Shown here piece after piece: positions 47,081 through 60,705 of a DNA stretch of 64,000 bases (positions are counted from its first letter, which is position 1; every line of letters starts with the position of its first letter). The DNA comes from Lama guanicoe (Eukaryota), in NCBI GenBank assembly GCA_013239625.1, contig MU053645.1:1108274-1172273 (forward strand). Direction: 5' to 3'. The notes beneath the pieces were generated by a model. That model was not told where the DNA came from, ran no database searches, and saw nothing but the letters and a program-made list of their open reading frames with translations. Position numbers and translations under genes: made by a program.

Positions 47081-48859
47081 TTGCCTTATGGTAAATTTAG
47101 TTTGTTATCTGTCTGCAAGTAGGTGTTAATGAGGCCAAAGCTGCCTGTTTGCTTCTCTGCTCTGCTCTCCAGTTTGGATCTGAATCTCTGAAATTCCACT
47201 GTCAGTCATTTTAAAAATATATACCCTAGGTTTAAAGAGGCAGTAGATAAGAGGGTACCATCGGGTCAGCACCGTGTATCCAACCGCTGGAAAATAAGCA
47301 CATGTTCTACAAAAAGGAAGTCTGTAAAGTTCGAGGTATAGAAAAGACTTTGCATACTGTGTTTGCACAAGATTTTCTTTTGCCATTTTCAAGCCCAATG
47401 AAGCAAACAGCAGGATCCTTTTGCGCCTCAGGCTAAAGGAAAGCTCAGAGGCTATTAAGTTTCCAGAAGGCACAGAGAAGTACCAAATGACCATAGGAAC
47501 TCTCCTGCAGTCCTGAAATTTTATGCTGTGTAACCAGAGAGCATTTGGAGTTTCTCTGAACTAATGATAATTTTAAAGATTTTAAAGTGGTAATTATTAC
47601 TATATAAACCAAAGTGTTTACTTTCTCTCCATTGCTTGACTGTGGCTTTCAGTCAGAGGGAGGTAAACTCTGAGCTCAAAAAGTGTTCCTTAAAAGGCTC
47701 TCTAAACCAATTTCAATTACCTTTGTATGAGAATAATAGAAAGGTAAAAAAAATTGAAACCAAAATCAGAAGAGGTAGAAAAAAAGTCTGAAGCAAACAA
47801 GTAGCCTCAGAGAGGGAACATAAGAGCAATAATAACTTTGAAAAATGTTATTACTGTATATTTAAGAACATGGAAAAGAGGCACCCAAAGTAAACACAAC
47901 CTTTCAAACTGAGAATACACACACACAACTCTTTGCATTTCAAGGTCAATTAAATCCTTTAATGAACCATGCCAGCTACTACTCAACCTTTTAAGCTGTT
48001 CTCAAGCAGATTCAAAGCAGAAAGTAATTTGTCTATATTTCTACAAAGCTTATGAGTAACAGGCCTCATTTAAACCAGTATATTCCAAGCAGGTCAGCTA
48101 GATTCAGAACAGACACTTAGAATTGGCATTGAAATGTGTTTAACCGAAGTCACTTTTTTTTTTTTTAATTCCACTGTTACTTCCACATCTCCCACTTGCC
48201 TTTGAAATCTAAAAGTGAATCCTCCCGCCAGATCCTGTCACCATATCAAAAGAAGTTTTCCCTTGCTTCATGGCTGCTCCATCACCATTGGTCAAAGGTC
48301 TGTCTTTGGGGGTTAGAAACAGTTAAGCATCAACAGTTTGGGGTTAAAATGTCAGATGCACTTTCTGAAGTGGTGAGCAGCTAACCTGAACACATGCCTT
48401 TGGAATGTCAACCAAAGTCTCAAAGCAATGAATGACTTGGTTTACTATAAAAAATCAACTCTGAGTGCATTCTGACTATGAACTTGGCACTGTCCTAGAC
48501 ACATTGAGGCTCGTTTTCTCAGTATTATTAAGTAGATGCTTCCCAAATGCCCACTGAGCTAACCTAGTATTATTGTGAAATTCCAAATAAATCTAAAACT
48601 GAGACACTTGTCCTTGAGGCACTTACAATTGGCCGAAGAAACATAATTAAGTTGCATGTATACAAATACACTCAACCTTTAGTGAAGTGAAAAGATTGTC
48701 TAAGCTTCCTACTTTCTTTCCCTTAGGCTTCTAAACCTCATGGTTATAAAATATATCCCAAATGTAAGGTCGATGCAAGCCTGGAGAAAATAGCAGCAAG
48801 TACTTCCAAATGCTTATAAAGCAAGAAAAATGTTTTTTAAAAAATAGTTGACCCTTCTT

Positions 48860-49460
48860 TCGTCTCATCCAGTAATATGAACGTAACTCATCACTGCCAA
48901 GATTATGCTGGCAATAAACAGATTTTGCGGTTATCAGGCTCAGGAGCGTTGCTTCAGTTTTTAATCACACAAACTGTCATTAAATTGCTTGGTCTCCTCG
49001 TCCACCTAGAATATTACCCTGCACCCATAATTTATTTCAGTGATCTGTATTTCAAGATAGGCGGGAATGGAAAATCTCTGGACATAATGAGAAAATTACC
49101 TCTTACTGTTTCTTACCAATCGACTCAGATCAAAATAGCTGTGCAGTGTCATGAATTACAGGTTTACAGGAAACTCACTATTTATCTGCCGTAATATTTC
49201 ATTACATAAAAGTGATTTTTTCCTGTACTGAATTTTACAATTGATACTCTGAACTACAGTACTTGAAGGTTACTCTCATAACTGAATAATTTAATCAATC
49301 AGTCCGTGGATGTTAAGTCATTTTGCTGATCCTCAGTGCAGAAACAACAAAAAAATAAATAAATTCCCCTTGATTTCCTTTCTTTGCCCCCTTGGCTGGC
49401 ATCTCATTTATGTTGACTGCTGTCAAAATGTGAAATGTTTATGAATATTACAAATAAAAA
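48860..49460. promoter_or_regulatory. Putative conserved non-coding element / developmental enhancer
   Basis: Repeat-free and AT-rich but with 9 CpGs in ~450 bp; PBX (atcaatca), MEIS (ctgtca x2) and HOX-type (cataaa/tttat/taat) motifs. Confidence 0.45.
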
Positions 49461-51544
49461 TGTATAGGTATTATTGCAAATGAATATTGTAGCTAGAGAC
49501 AGTAGGTCCACTTCCTAGACTGCTACACATTTTCCTTCAAATAAAATAGTTAAATTATTAGATAGCCAAAGGAGGTAGTCTTTCATTTTAAAATGAAGAC
49601 ACCATTAATCCAAATAGAAATATTTATCACCCTGTGCAATAAATATACTCCAGAAAATTTAAGTCTAAACTGAATTTTTGTAAATTGAATCATTTCCCCA
49701 TTGGTTTCTATTACAGTATTAGAGATTATTTGTTTCCATTTCTGGACTTTGGCAATAGTTTATAGCACCTTAGCCTGTTTTTCTTTCCTCCTCCATTTTC
49801 TGTCAATTGCAGATCTAGAAACAAATATTTAAATGCACGAGGGGAACTCCAATTAAAAGAAATTTCATAGAAAATGATTTCCAACAAAGTGAAGAAGACT
49901 TTAGTAATGTGATCATTTGCATCACAACTAATCTATTTAGTAAGTTTAGGTCCCACTGTAATGACTTCCTTAAAGGGAGCTCCTCTACTTGAAGGGATAG
50001 CTGCATGTAAGATACATATAAGCACCCTTCCCATGCTGTGAAATCCATCTCGTGATACATTAGGATCAAAGCAGGAGAAGTGATTTTTTTCATGCAGGCC
50101 TGCTTTCTAAAGAGTTATGCACAAGGGCACTCAACTGGACACTGCAGTTTAATAACCCTAGAGTCACCACTGCAGATGTCTACATTAAAACAAGGTTTGA
50201 AAGAGAAGCAGATGGCCAGAAAACCCTTACTGAGATCCTCTAACAATTTCCAAAGGTAGAACAGCAAGTAGCTTTTATGTATAAATGATGTTCACCATAT
50301 GGTAAAGCATGATTGACTCTTTTATATAAAAATCAAATTATTATAGTTAGATTGAATAAAGCCAAGGCCAATTAAAAGTAGAGCTGAGTTTCTCTGATAA
50401 ATATTCAACTAGGCTTGGAGCAGTAACTCTAAACCAAGCTGCAAAAAGAAAAAAAGGCGGGGGAAGTATATAGAATAAATGGGTTTTCATAATATCCAAG
50501 CCCTAATTTCTCAAATATGAATCCTAATTCCCTTAAAGATCAGGTTATTGCTTTGAAAATATACTTAGAGGAGATAAATCTGACACATTTCTAGGCAGAT
50601 TAAAGATAATATGAAATGGGCACTAATATAATAGCAATTTTCTGGTGTAATGTTTGAGGTCCCATAAAAGTAGAAAAATCATCGTAATACAACTTCAGTG
50701 AATATTTCACATGTAGTAAGTAATGACTTTTGAAATCAGAGAGCCCAGATCCTGGCCAGCAAATCAAATACACTGTCTACCCAAAGACATCTCTACCTGA
50801 CAAGTGACCAAACCACTCAAGTCACAGGTGGCTGATAACCTGCAGCCATATACCAGGACTCTGCAAAGAGGATGTTTATGTCACTGTTGCAGGCAATCAC
50901 AGATAACCAATAGATAACAGAAGTAGTGCTGGTCTTACTGATCAAGAGAGGAGAAAAATACAGGTGCCCAAAACAGACAATTTACAATCTGCTTCCTGCT
51001 GTTAGTTTCTAGTGAAATACTGCTTTTATCTACTTCCTAAGACTCTTCTATCAAATTGGTGAAACAGTAAAGTACAATGTTCCTCACCATCCCATTTAGC
51101 CACACTTCACTATTAGCCATGACAGAATAAATGTGTATTGCATTACTTGACCTAATCAGATTTATGATGCTCTAAAACAAACAAACAAACAAACAAACCA
51201 AATAAATACCCACATATACAGGATCGAAAAAAAATAGGTGTGTATTATTAGCATGACAAAATGATTATACATTATTCCCAGTTTTTGATTATTTATGGGT
51301 TGTAGGGAGTAGAACATAAGAAATCTAAATTGTTAGAAGCAGTTCTATAGTTTAAATTCTGGTCCATGGAGCAAAACTTCACACAATTCTTTCTCCCCTA
51401 GCCTTTCTCTCCCAGAGACAGGAAAACCCTCTCTATGCATCCAACACTCTCCTCCACATATAAGTTCCAGCCTCACTGGGAGCTTTCCATATGGTCAAGA
51501 GCTCCATTGAATTGAAGATCTATCAGCATCTCTAAGACTAAGAT

Positions 51545-51720
51545 CAGTGGTTTTCAAACTTTAGAATCATACAAGAAAATTTTTAAAATCGTGATGCTCA
51601 GGCCACACTGAATATTCAATTAAATCAGAATCCCTGGCGGGATAGATCCCAGGCACTAGTGTTTTTTTTCTTTAAACTACCCAGATGATTATAGTGTGAA
51701 GCCAAGTTTGAGAAGCACTG
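51545..51720. mobile_element. MER5A-like hAT-Charlie MITE
   Basis: TIRs cagtggttttcaaact ... agtttgagaagcactg; internal aaatcagaatccctgg...cccaggca. Confidence 0.85.
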
Positions 51721-52281
51721 GGATAGATCTAAGGAAAATAGAGCCTGGTTGAAAAAATATTTAAAATCCACATTTTCTTTTCAAGAAACACATCTTCATG
51801 TAAAGAAACAAAAAAGTGAGCCAGGATTTCCTGGGGATTTTCAATGGGATGTTTCTACCTTTACCACCTGATATGTCAACTGCTGCTACTGAAATCAACA
51901 AACCAAAAGGTCGGCTTCCTGATGATATGCACCTCACAGAGGCCTGGCCTCTGTGTAGCCTGGCTTGGTGCTACATAAATAGTGCCAGATTGGAGGCTAA
52001 CGTAACATCCCCTCCTACCTGGTCCTCTTCCCTAGTCATATCATTGCTCCTTCCTATGCGCCATTTTAAAATGTAATGACCAAAAGTTTCTACATCACTG
52101 TCAGTTTCAGAAGAATGGAATGTTACTCTTGATGTTAAACCCAGGTTTCTAATTCTAGGTCTTAAATTCATCTTAGTTTATACCATGGCCACCCACCTAC
52201 AGTGCTTCCCATTCCCTCCTTTTCATCTCTCTACGTAGTCATGCTTTTCTTTTTGAGATCAGTTCTGCAACAACTCCAAGC

Positions 52282-52570
52282 TAGCATGGCCATCCATCTT
52301 GGTTGACCCAGCATAATCACGTTTTTTCAGTATTTTCTTATGAAATCTTTTGAACACACAGAAATGCTGAAGTGATTTCATAGTGATCACCATCTAAAAC
52401 CTGCCATTAATATTTAACTGCACTTGCTTTATCATATACCTACTCATTTATCCTCCTTTCTCAGTTCACCCTATTTTTGGATGCAATTCAAAAGAAATCC
52501 ACAATAATTATTAATGGCACCCTCTTACACTCAAAAGTGTCCTAGTTTGGACAATAAATGTGCTATGTGG
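52282..52570 (+). mobile_element. MER94-like hAT-Blackjack element interrupted by an old L1 3' fragment (~52322-52495, minus strand)
   Basis: taattattaatggcaccctcttacactcaaaagtgtcctagtttggacaataaat matches the MER94 3' half; 5' half tagcatggccatccatcttggttgaccc. Confidence 0.65.
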
Positions 52571-54349
52571 GTATCACGTAGCTGTATACCTAGAGTAATG
52601 CTAGCCACTGTGGAAGCCTCAAGACAAATATATGAGTGAGTTTCAATACTCAACTTCAAGTCTTTTTGAATATGGTAAGTCAAGAGAGATGACTGCAATG
52701 ACTGAATGCTGATGGTTATTTTACTGCCAAAAGCAACTACAGGATTAGGGAAAACAGAACTCAGTGTATACAGGAATAACCACGTGGTGCTTTATGGGAA
52801 GGTCAGATTTTTGCTGAGCCTTGAGGGATGGGTAGAACTTGGACAATTAGAAAGCAAGAGAGCATTTGGAGTAGGGGAGTGAGAACAACATACGTAATGA
52901 TAGTAGTAGGAGAACAAAAAGGCTACCAAGACCAAGCCAAAGGATTCATGAAGTCACTAACTTTGCCTGATGTCCAGGAATAGTAAGAAACTTTTCATCC
53001 CTACTTGTGAGAATCCATAGTCATCTCACGGGCTGAAAGGCCAAGTTACTGACAGGTCTAGAGTAACCACCCTGCTGGACACTAAAGAAAAACATCATGT
53101 GCAGCAACTGTCATCTAGTCACCCCCTCTCACGTGACTATAGCATTCCGATGGCCCACTTTTCTATGCTGAAATAAGACAGATTCAGTCCTCATGCCAGA
53201 ATAATATCTCAATCAGGTATAATGATTCTTGGTTACTTAAAGCAGAGTTTGCCTTCCTCCTTTTATTTTCTGATTTATTGGAAGCTAATCAATTGCACTG
53301 TGAATTGTACCAGACAGAACCTATATGCATGAATAACTTCTTATTTCAGCAGTATCAAAATCAATAGTCATTGGATTTGCTACAAAGCAGAAGTTCTGCA
53401 TTCCAATTTACAATATATTTTGCCACACCTCAAATAAATCCTATATATACATATTGCTTGTTTCAGTTTCTTCATACTCTGTTCTTAGAATGCTCTTTTG
53501 CTATACTTTAAGGATCATCTTTATTCTGTGACTCAACATTCCTCACTCAAAGCAGATTAAGATATTTAACCCTGGCTTTACATGGTTTTGAGCTGGTTAG
53601 AACTATGATTGGCTTTTGCCCAAATGAGAGAGAAATGGAATGGTTCTAAATGAAGTAAATGTTGATTTAACTTAAAGGTCTCCTTGTTGCTGTTTTCAAT
53701 ACTTCTATGATTTCTGCTATGCCTGAACCACCGCACCTTGTGCACCGTCTGGATCTTGAATGAATAGTTACACTGACTCAAATCGACTCAAACCTTTGCA
53801 TGGACCTCTGGGTTCAGCCAAAGCCTTAATTCTCCTGGTTCTGACCTCTTGTTCTGCCTCCATCACTAATCACCATCCACAGTTTCTGCATGCCACAAAG
53901 TTCATGTTCTATGTGTATAGTGACATCTTATTCAGGCTAAGATTGCTAATATCACAATCACTACCCACAATAGCATAATTATTATGCTATTCCCCAAGAA
54001 GCTTTAGGCTCTTGGCAAAATTGAGTCAGATTCTGAACTTACTAGCTTGTGCTTGAATAAGGGTAAATGGTCTTTGAGAGCAAAAGGCTATTTTTTATTG
54101 CCTTAGAAAGTCACCTTTGCATCATAGTGTTCTTGTAAGATAAAGCACCAGAAAACTCAGATAAAGGCCTGGAACTGTGTAATAGCTTCATGGTACATAC
54201 ATTGTTTTGGTCTCATATAGCTAAAATATACTTGATGATTGACTGAAGACTCAAAGGCAGAGGAGAAAATAAGTTCTGGGAATATCTGATGATAAGGGCG
54301 ATCAACTTCTTGCTGCTTAAAAGAGAGAAATAAAATTTGGAATGGGTAT

Positions 54350-54700
54350 TCCAGTCAATCAGAAACATTTACTGAGCACCTATCTATCATGTTCTACAAG
54401 GAAGAGAAAAGAGTTATGAGGCAGGATTCACTGCCCTGCCAAGCATATATAATCTATTGAGAAAGAGAATACTAACACATATGAAGTAACAGCTAACAAT
54501 TGAAACTGTCATTACTATAAATCTGTAATCACAATTTTAAGTGCTACAGTTCAAAGGAGATTAGTGAGGGCTGATCTAGTCAAGAATGACTTCATAGGCC
54601 AGCAAAGTTTGGATTGGGTCTTGCAGGGTTTAGATTGATGTGGAAGAGACGGTATCATTTCACCCGAGGAAAACAAGAGAATTGAGTGTGCTTCTAGGAC
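54350..54700 (-). mobile_element. L2 fragment
   Basis: aaacatttactgagcacct...ctgccct...agtgcta...gacttcatagg. Confidence 0.65.
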
Positions 54701-55459
54701 AACGAGGAAGTTAGCCCAACTACAGCAAATGGTACACGATGGGAAACCAGAATGAGCGAGCTTGCATAGATAGGGTGGACCACAAAATGGACGGTCTTAA
54801 TCAAGCTAAATAAGTTCGACTTACTGAAAAGGGAATAAATCACTGAAGATATTGAAGATAAGAATTTGATACAATGAAAGCACTGTTTGAGAAAGAGGCC
54901 ACAGTTACCACTTATGAAAGTTCTACCCTTAACAACAGAATCACAACCACTGACTTTTATCAAGTTTAAAGTCAGAGATATATAAATGTGGCGGTCCTTG
55001 AACTTTTGGGAAAATTGTCATTTTAGGCATGAGAGGTCAGTATATGCAAAGAGTTACTATAAACCATGCAAGCTGCAAGATGTGTACTGCATATTTACCC
55101 AGAAGACAGAGAGGAAAGACTGGATCAGTCAAGGGTAATGATGTACAATATGCCTGGCATTAAATGGAAAAGAGAAGCAGTGTTAAGAGGTGGGGAGTAA
55201 ACTATTTAAATCTGATTGAGCAGACAGAAGAAGTAGGTTATAGACTTGCATTCTCATCTTAACTCCTTATACTTGAACAGAGGGCCATGTTATTACAATT
55301 GTTACTAAATAATTCAGTTTCAGCCACAAAGAATGAACTATCTATCAAAGAAGAATAAATAATAATAAAAGTTAATTTGGGTGTGGAGAGAAGCAATAGC
55401 TGTAATTCAACTCACAAACAGAACAAACTTTGGAGAAGAAATTAAAACTTTAGAATAGA

Positions 55460-55832
55460 TTAAAAACAAACCAAATTCATAAATACAGAGAACACATTGG
55501 TGGTTGCCACAGGTAGGGAGGGGGCAACCGGGTGAAAAGGATCAAAAGATACAAACTTCCAGTTATAAGTCCTGGGGATGAAATGTACAACATGGTGACT
55601 ATAGTTAATAAGACTGTGTTAACTGTATTATATATTTGAAATTTGCTAAGAGAGTACATCTTAAAAGTTCTCATCACACACATACAAATAATTTGTAACT
55701 ACGTCTGGTATTGGCTGTTAACTAGACTTATTGTGGTAATTATTTCACAATATAAACAAGTATTTAATCACTATGTTGTACACCTGAAACTAATTTAATG
55801 TTATATGTGAGTTAGTATTAATAAAAATAAGT
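55460..55832 (+). mobile_element. L1 3' UTR (L1MA9-like)
   Basis: atacagagaacacattggtggttgcc...tacaaacttccagttataagtcctgggg...aatttgctaagagagta...gtacacctgaaactaat. Confidence 0.9.
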
Positions 55833-56069
55833 AAAATAGACTTTCCAATCATTTATTTTAAAAGTAGTTTTGCATGTTGATAACAAATGGAATACAACAA
55901 TGAAACAGAGGTTATTAGTATGGACTATTTTACTAATCTAGTAGGTTGTGAATTAAGCATTCCATCCCATTAAGCCAATATTATAAGGAGAGAAATAATG
56001 AAATGCTATACTATGGTAACCATGTTTCGTTAGAGTATAAAAGAGTAGAATTGATACAGAGTACCAAAT

Positions 56070-58478
56070 AATTTCAACTAAAATGCTAGCAAACTGAATA
56101 TAGCAATATATAAAAATAATTCTATACCATGACCCCGTGGGAATTATCCCAGGAATGCAAGGCTGATTTAACATCGGAAAATCCGGTATTTTAGTACATA
56201 TCAATTGACTAAAAAAAACACATGATCATCTCAATAGACTTAGAAAAAGTATCTGACAAAATTTAACACTCTTTCATGATTTAAAAAAAAAACAAAACAC
56301 TCAACAAACAAGGTATAGAAGAAAAGTTCCTCAATCTGCTAAAGGGCATCTATGAAAAAACCCCACAGCTAACATCATACTTAATGGTGAAAGACTGGAT
56401 GCTTTCCCAGAAAGATCATGAATAAGACAAGTATTTCTTCTCTTACCACTCCAATACTGCTACTGGAGGCTCTAGCAAGGGCAATTTGACAAGAAAAAAA
56501 AAAATAGAAGTTTTACTTCTTCCTTTCCAATCTGGATACTTATCTCTAATCATAGATGACATTACATACAGAAAATACTAAGGAATCCATTAAGAAACTA
56601 TTAGTATTAATACATTAGTTCAGCAAGAGTACAGGACATAAGAATAATATACAAAAACTATTTCTATATACTATCAATGAAGAATCTGAAAATGAAATTA
56701 AGAGAACAATTCTATTCACAAAAGCATCAAAAAGAATAAAATACTTTAGAATAAATTTAACAAAAGATGCGCAAGGCTTATACACCCCAAACTACAAAAT
56801 ATTATCAAAAGAAACTACAGAAGATCTAAATAAATGGGAAAACATCCCATATTCATAGATTGGAAGACAATATTGTTAAAATGGCAATACTTCCCAAATC
56901 GATCTACAGGTTAAGTGCAATCCCTATCAAAATCCCTGATGGCTTCTTTGTAGAAATTGACAAAATTATTCTAAAATTCATACGAAATTATGAGAAATGG
57001 AACAGCCAAAACCATCTTGGGAAAAAAAAAAGAATAAAGTAGGAGGATTTACACTTTCCAACCACAAAACTTACTACGAAAAAGATAATCAAGCTAGTGT
57101 TGTACTGGCACAAGGATAGACATATGTATCAATGGAACAGAACACAGAATCCAGAAATTAACCCGTATATATAACATAATTAACTGTTTTTTTTTTCCTA
57201 CAAGGGTGCCAAGACCATTCAACAGGTAAAGAAGAATCTTTTTGACAAATGGTATTGGGATAACTGGGTATCCACATGCAAAAGAATGAAGTTGGATCCT
57301 TACTTCACATCATATAAAAAAATAACTCAAAATGGATCAAAGACCTAAATATAAGTGTAAAAACTATAAAACTTTTGAAAGATAACATGGGGGGAAATCT
57401 TCATGATCTTATATTCAGCAAAGATTCTTAGCTATGACACCAGAAACATGATCAACAAAAAAAATAAATTAGTAAATTGGACTTCAAAGTTTAAAACTTT
57501 TATAATTCAAAGGCCAGCATCAAAAAAAGTGAAAACACAAGCCCACAGAATGAGAAGACATTTGTGCAAATTATGTATCTGATAAGGGACTTGCCCCTAT
57601 AATATATAAACACTTACATGTCAAAAATAGAAAGACAAATAATCCAATTTAAAAATATGCTGAGGACATGAATAAACATTTCTCCAAAGAAGATACACAA
57701 ATGAACAATAAGCCCATGCAAAGATGTTCAACATCATTAGCCATCAGGGGGAAAAAAAAAAGACACAGTAAGACACCATTTTGAACCCATTAGGATGATT
57801 AGAGTCAAAATATCAGATAAACAACAAATGTTGGTGAGGATGTGGAAAAATTGGAACACTCATGCACTGCTGATGGGAATGTAAAATGGTGTAGCAGCTT
57901 TGGAAAATAGTCTGGCAATTCCTCAAGTGATTAAACAGAGAGTTACCATATGACCCAGTAATTGCATTCCTAGGTATACACACAGGTAAGTTGAAAACAT
58001 GTCTGCACGGAAATTTGTACACAAATGTATACAGTAGGATTATTCACAATTGCCAAAGGATAGAAACAACCAAAATGTTCATCAAGAGACAAATGGATAA
58101 ACAAAATGTGGTATATCTATACAACATTCTCAGCCAGAGAAATGAAGTATTGATATATGGATGAATGTTAAAAACATTATGCTAAGTGAAAGAAGCCATT
58201 CACATAGGCCCCCATTTGATCTCATTCATGTGAAAGTATAGGGTATGGAAATCTATAGAAACAGAAAGTAGATTAATGGTTGCTGATGGCCAGGGGTGGG
58301 GTATGAGGAGATGGCAGATGATAGTTAAAGGATGTAGGGTTTCTTTGTAAGACGATGAAAATATTCTAATACTGAGTGTGGTGATAGTTGCTCATATGTG
58401 TGACTGTACTAAAATCCCACTGAATTGTAGGCTTCAAATGGGTGAATGGCTTGGTATATAAATTATATCTCAATAAAG
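56070..58478 (+). mobile_element. L1 (L1MB-like), 2.4 kb: ORF2 RT to 3' UTR, degenerate
   Basis: ORF 56860-57042 [23 protein letters not shown] is L1 ORF2; continuous L1 similarity through to ttatatctcaataaag. Confidence 0.95.
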
Positions 58479-59418
58479 GAGTTTTTTGGGTTTTATTTTT
58501 TTAGGAAAAGAGGACAAAATAAAAGAAAGTAACAAGTGAGAGATCATTTTAATACCTAAATGAGAGCAGTGTGTCTTTTTTAAGATGGAGTGGGTAGTGT
58601 TGGAGGATGCTGATGGTCTATGATGGCATTTTTACATAAGGGGAAAGCCTCCCTTGCATTGCCCTGACTGAAGTGGGAATTTCAAAACAATTATTAGTTA
58701 TGTGCAAAATCTGTCTTTAAAGGGGTTCTGCAAATGGACTATAGACCAGAATGTTTACCTAAAGTTATCATATAAGAATTGCATTAAATCAAATCCTCTG
58801 TCTTCTTCCAAAGGCAAACAGCAAGTCACATTATTGAATTGAGTAATTCTTCAAAAGAGAACCCACTCTAGGATGCACTAGGCTAATAACATGCTCTTTT
58901 TACCCAATAAAATAGTGGGTGACGGTAATATATTCTACCCTTTGAGTAGCTCCTGTGTCTGTAATTTCTCTCTCTGCATTGGGGTAATAGTGGTTCCCTT
59001 CCTCAAGATGGCTATTGTTCATAAAAATGCCAAACACAAACCTTTTAAAGGAACACCATTCATGGGTATCAGAGAATGGGATAGTTTCAGTCAGACAATA
59101 GGTGACATTGCACTTTCCAACAACCTGAGAGGTCCACCAACATTTCCAATCATCCACTTGCCCTAAGAACTGATAAAGTTCTAACACAAATGTGAATAAG
59201 AAAAAAAAATACCTTTTTTTTCTTTTAATTGAGAGCCAATTTTTATTTTATTTTTTGTTAAATTTCAACTAAAGACTCCACTCTTCTTCTCTCTCCCCCT
59301 AGAGGCAAGTGTATATGCCATGCAAATTCTCTGCTTCTTTACATGAATGGTAAACAAAAGCAATATATTCTTTACTATTGCTTTGCATACCTTAAAATGA
59401 AAACAAATGTTTCATAAT

Positions 59419-59542
59419 TAGGGTGACTGTATAATGTCCTAGTCCAGCCAGACATTTTGAGAGTGATACTATTAATAAGCATACCAGGGTAAAGGCATGA
59501 ACTAGAGTTGTTCCAGAGCAAATGGGATGTATGATCATCCTC
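59419..59542 (-). mobile_element. MER94-like hAT-Blackjack element
   Basis: TIRs tagggtgact ... tgatcatcct; internal gacattttgagagtga...ctattaataa. Confidence 0.7.
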
Positions 59543-59577
59543 TGTCACAGCACATATCCATTTTTTATAAAGTAACT

Positions 59578-60705
59578 TTTAAATTTCTAAATTTTATTTT
59601 CTAAAGTGACTTACAGTAAAATTGAGGGTTTCTTTGCTGTATAGTTCTACGAATTGTAATACATGTGTAAACATAATCAACACCACAGTTAGGATGCAAA
59701 ACAGTTCCATTATCCCAAGACACTACTTCATGCTACCACTTTGTAGTCACACTCTCCCTCCACTCCTAAACCATGGCAACCACTCTGTCACTGTAATTTT
59801 GTCTTTTTGAGACTGTCATATAAATGAAATTTTAAAATATATAACCTTGAGACTGGCTCCTTTCATTCAGCATGCTGCCTTTGTGATTTATCCAAGTCGA
59901 GGCATGTATCAAAAGTTCATTTTTTTTCTTATTGCTGAGTAGTATTCCATTACGTGAGTATACCACAATACATTTTATCCATTTGTCTGTTGTTGATGGA
60001 CATTGGCATTGCTTCCAATTTTGGATTTTCATTAATAAAATTCTCTATACATTCATGTACAGGTTTGTGTTTAAATACAAGTTTCCATTTCTCTGGCATA
60101 AACGCCCAGAAGTGCAGTTGCTGGGTGGTACTGAAGTTGCATAAAAGAACATAAGAAACCACCGAACTGTTTTCCAGAGTAGCCATACCATTTTACATTC
60201 TTACTGGAAACATATGAAAGTTTCAGTTGCTCTGCATTCTCACTGTCACTGGCATTGTATTTTTAAAAATTATTATTTTAGCCATTCTGATAGGTTTGTA
60301 GTGGCATCTTATTGGGGCTTTAATTTGCATTTACCTAATGGCTAATGACATTAAGCATGTTTCCATGTATTTATTTTCCACCTGTTAATCTTCTTTGTAA
60401 AGCATCTATTTAAATCTTTTGCCCCATTTTTATTTGGGTTGTTGGTTCTCTTATCGTTATGTTTTTAGAGTTTTTAATATATTCTGGATACAAGTCCTTT
60501 ATCAGATATGTGATTTGCAAATATATCTCCCAGTCTGTGGCTTGTCTCTTCATTCTCTTCAGTGTCTTTCCCGGAGCAGAATTGAATATAATAATATTGA
60601 AGAATATTATAATATTGAAGAACTCTTTGCCTAAGAACTCCAGGTCATGACGATAAACTCCTATGTGCTATTCTAGAAGTTTTATGGTAATATGTTTTGC
60701 ATTTT
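59578..60705 (-). mobile_element. L1 (L1MC/L1MB-like) 3' UTR and ORF2 end
   Basis: ttatccatttgtctgttgttgatggacattgg...ttttagccattctgatagg...ctggatacaagtcctttatcagatatgtgatttgcaaat. Confidence 0.92.

Noticed and set aside
47126..47494. 122-aa minus-strand ORF and a strong plus-strand acceptor at 47172
   Set aside because: No recognisable protein; all plus-strand frames after the acceptor stop within ~45 nt and there is no convincing donor
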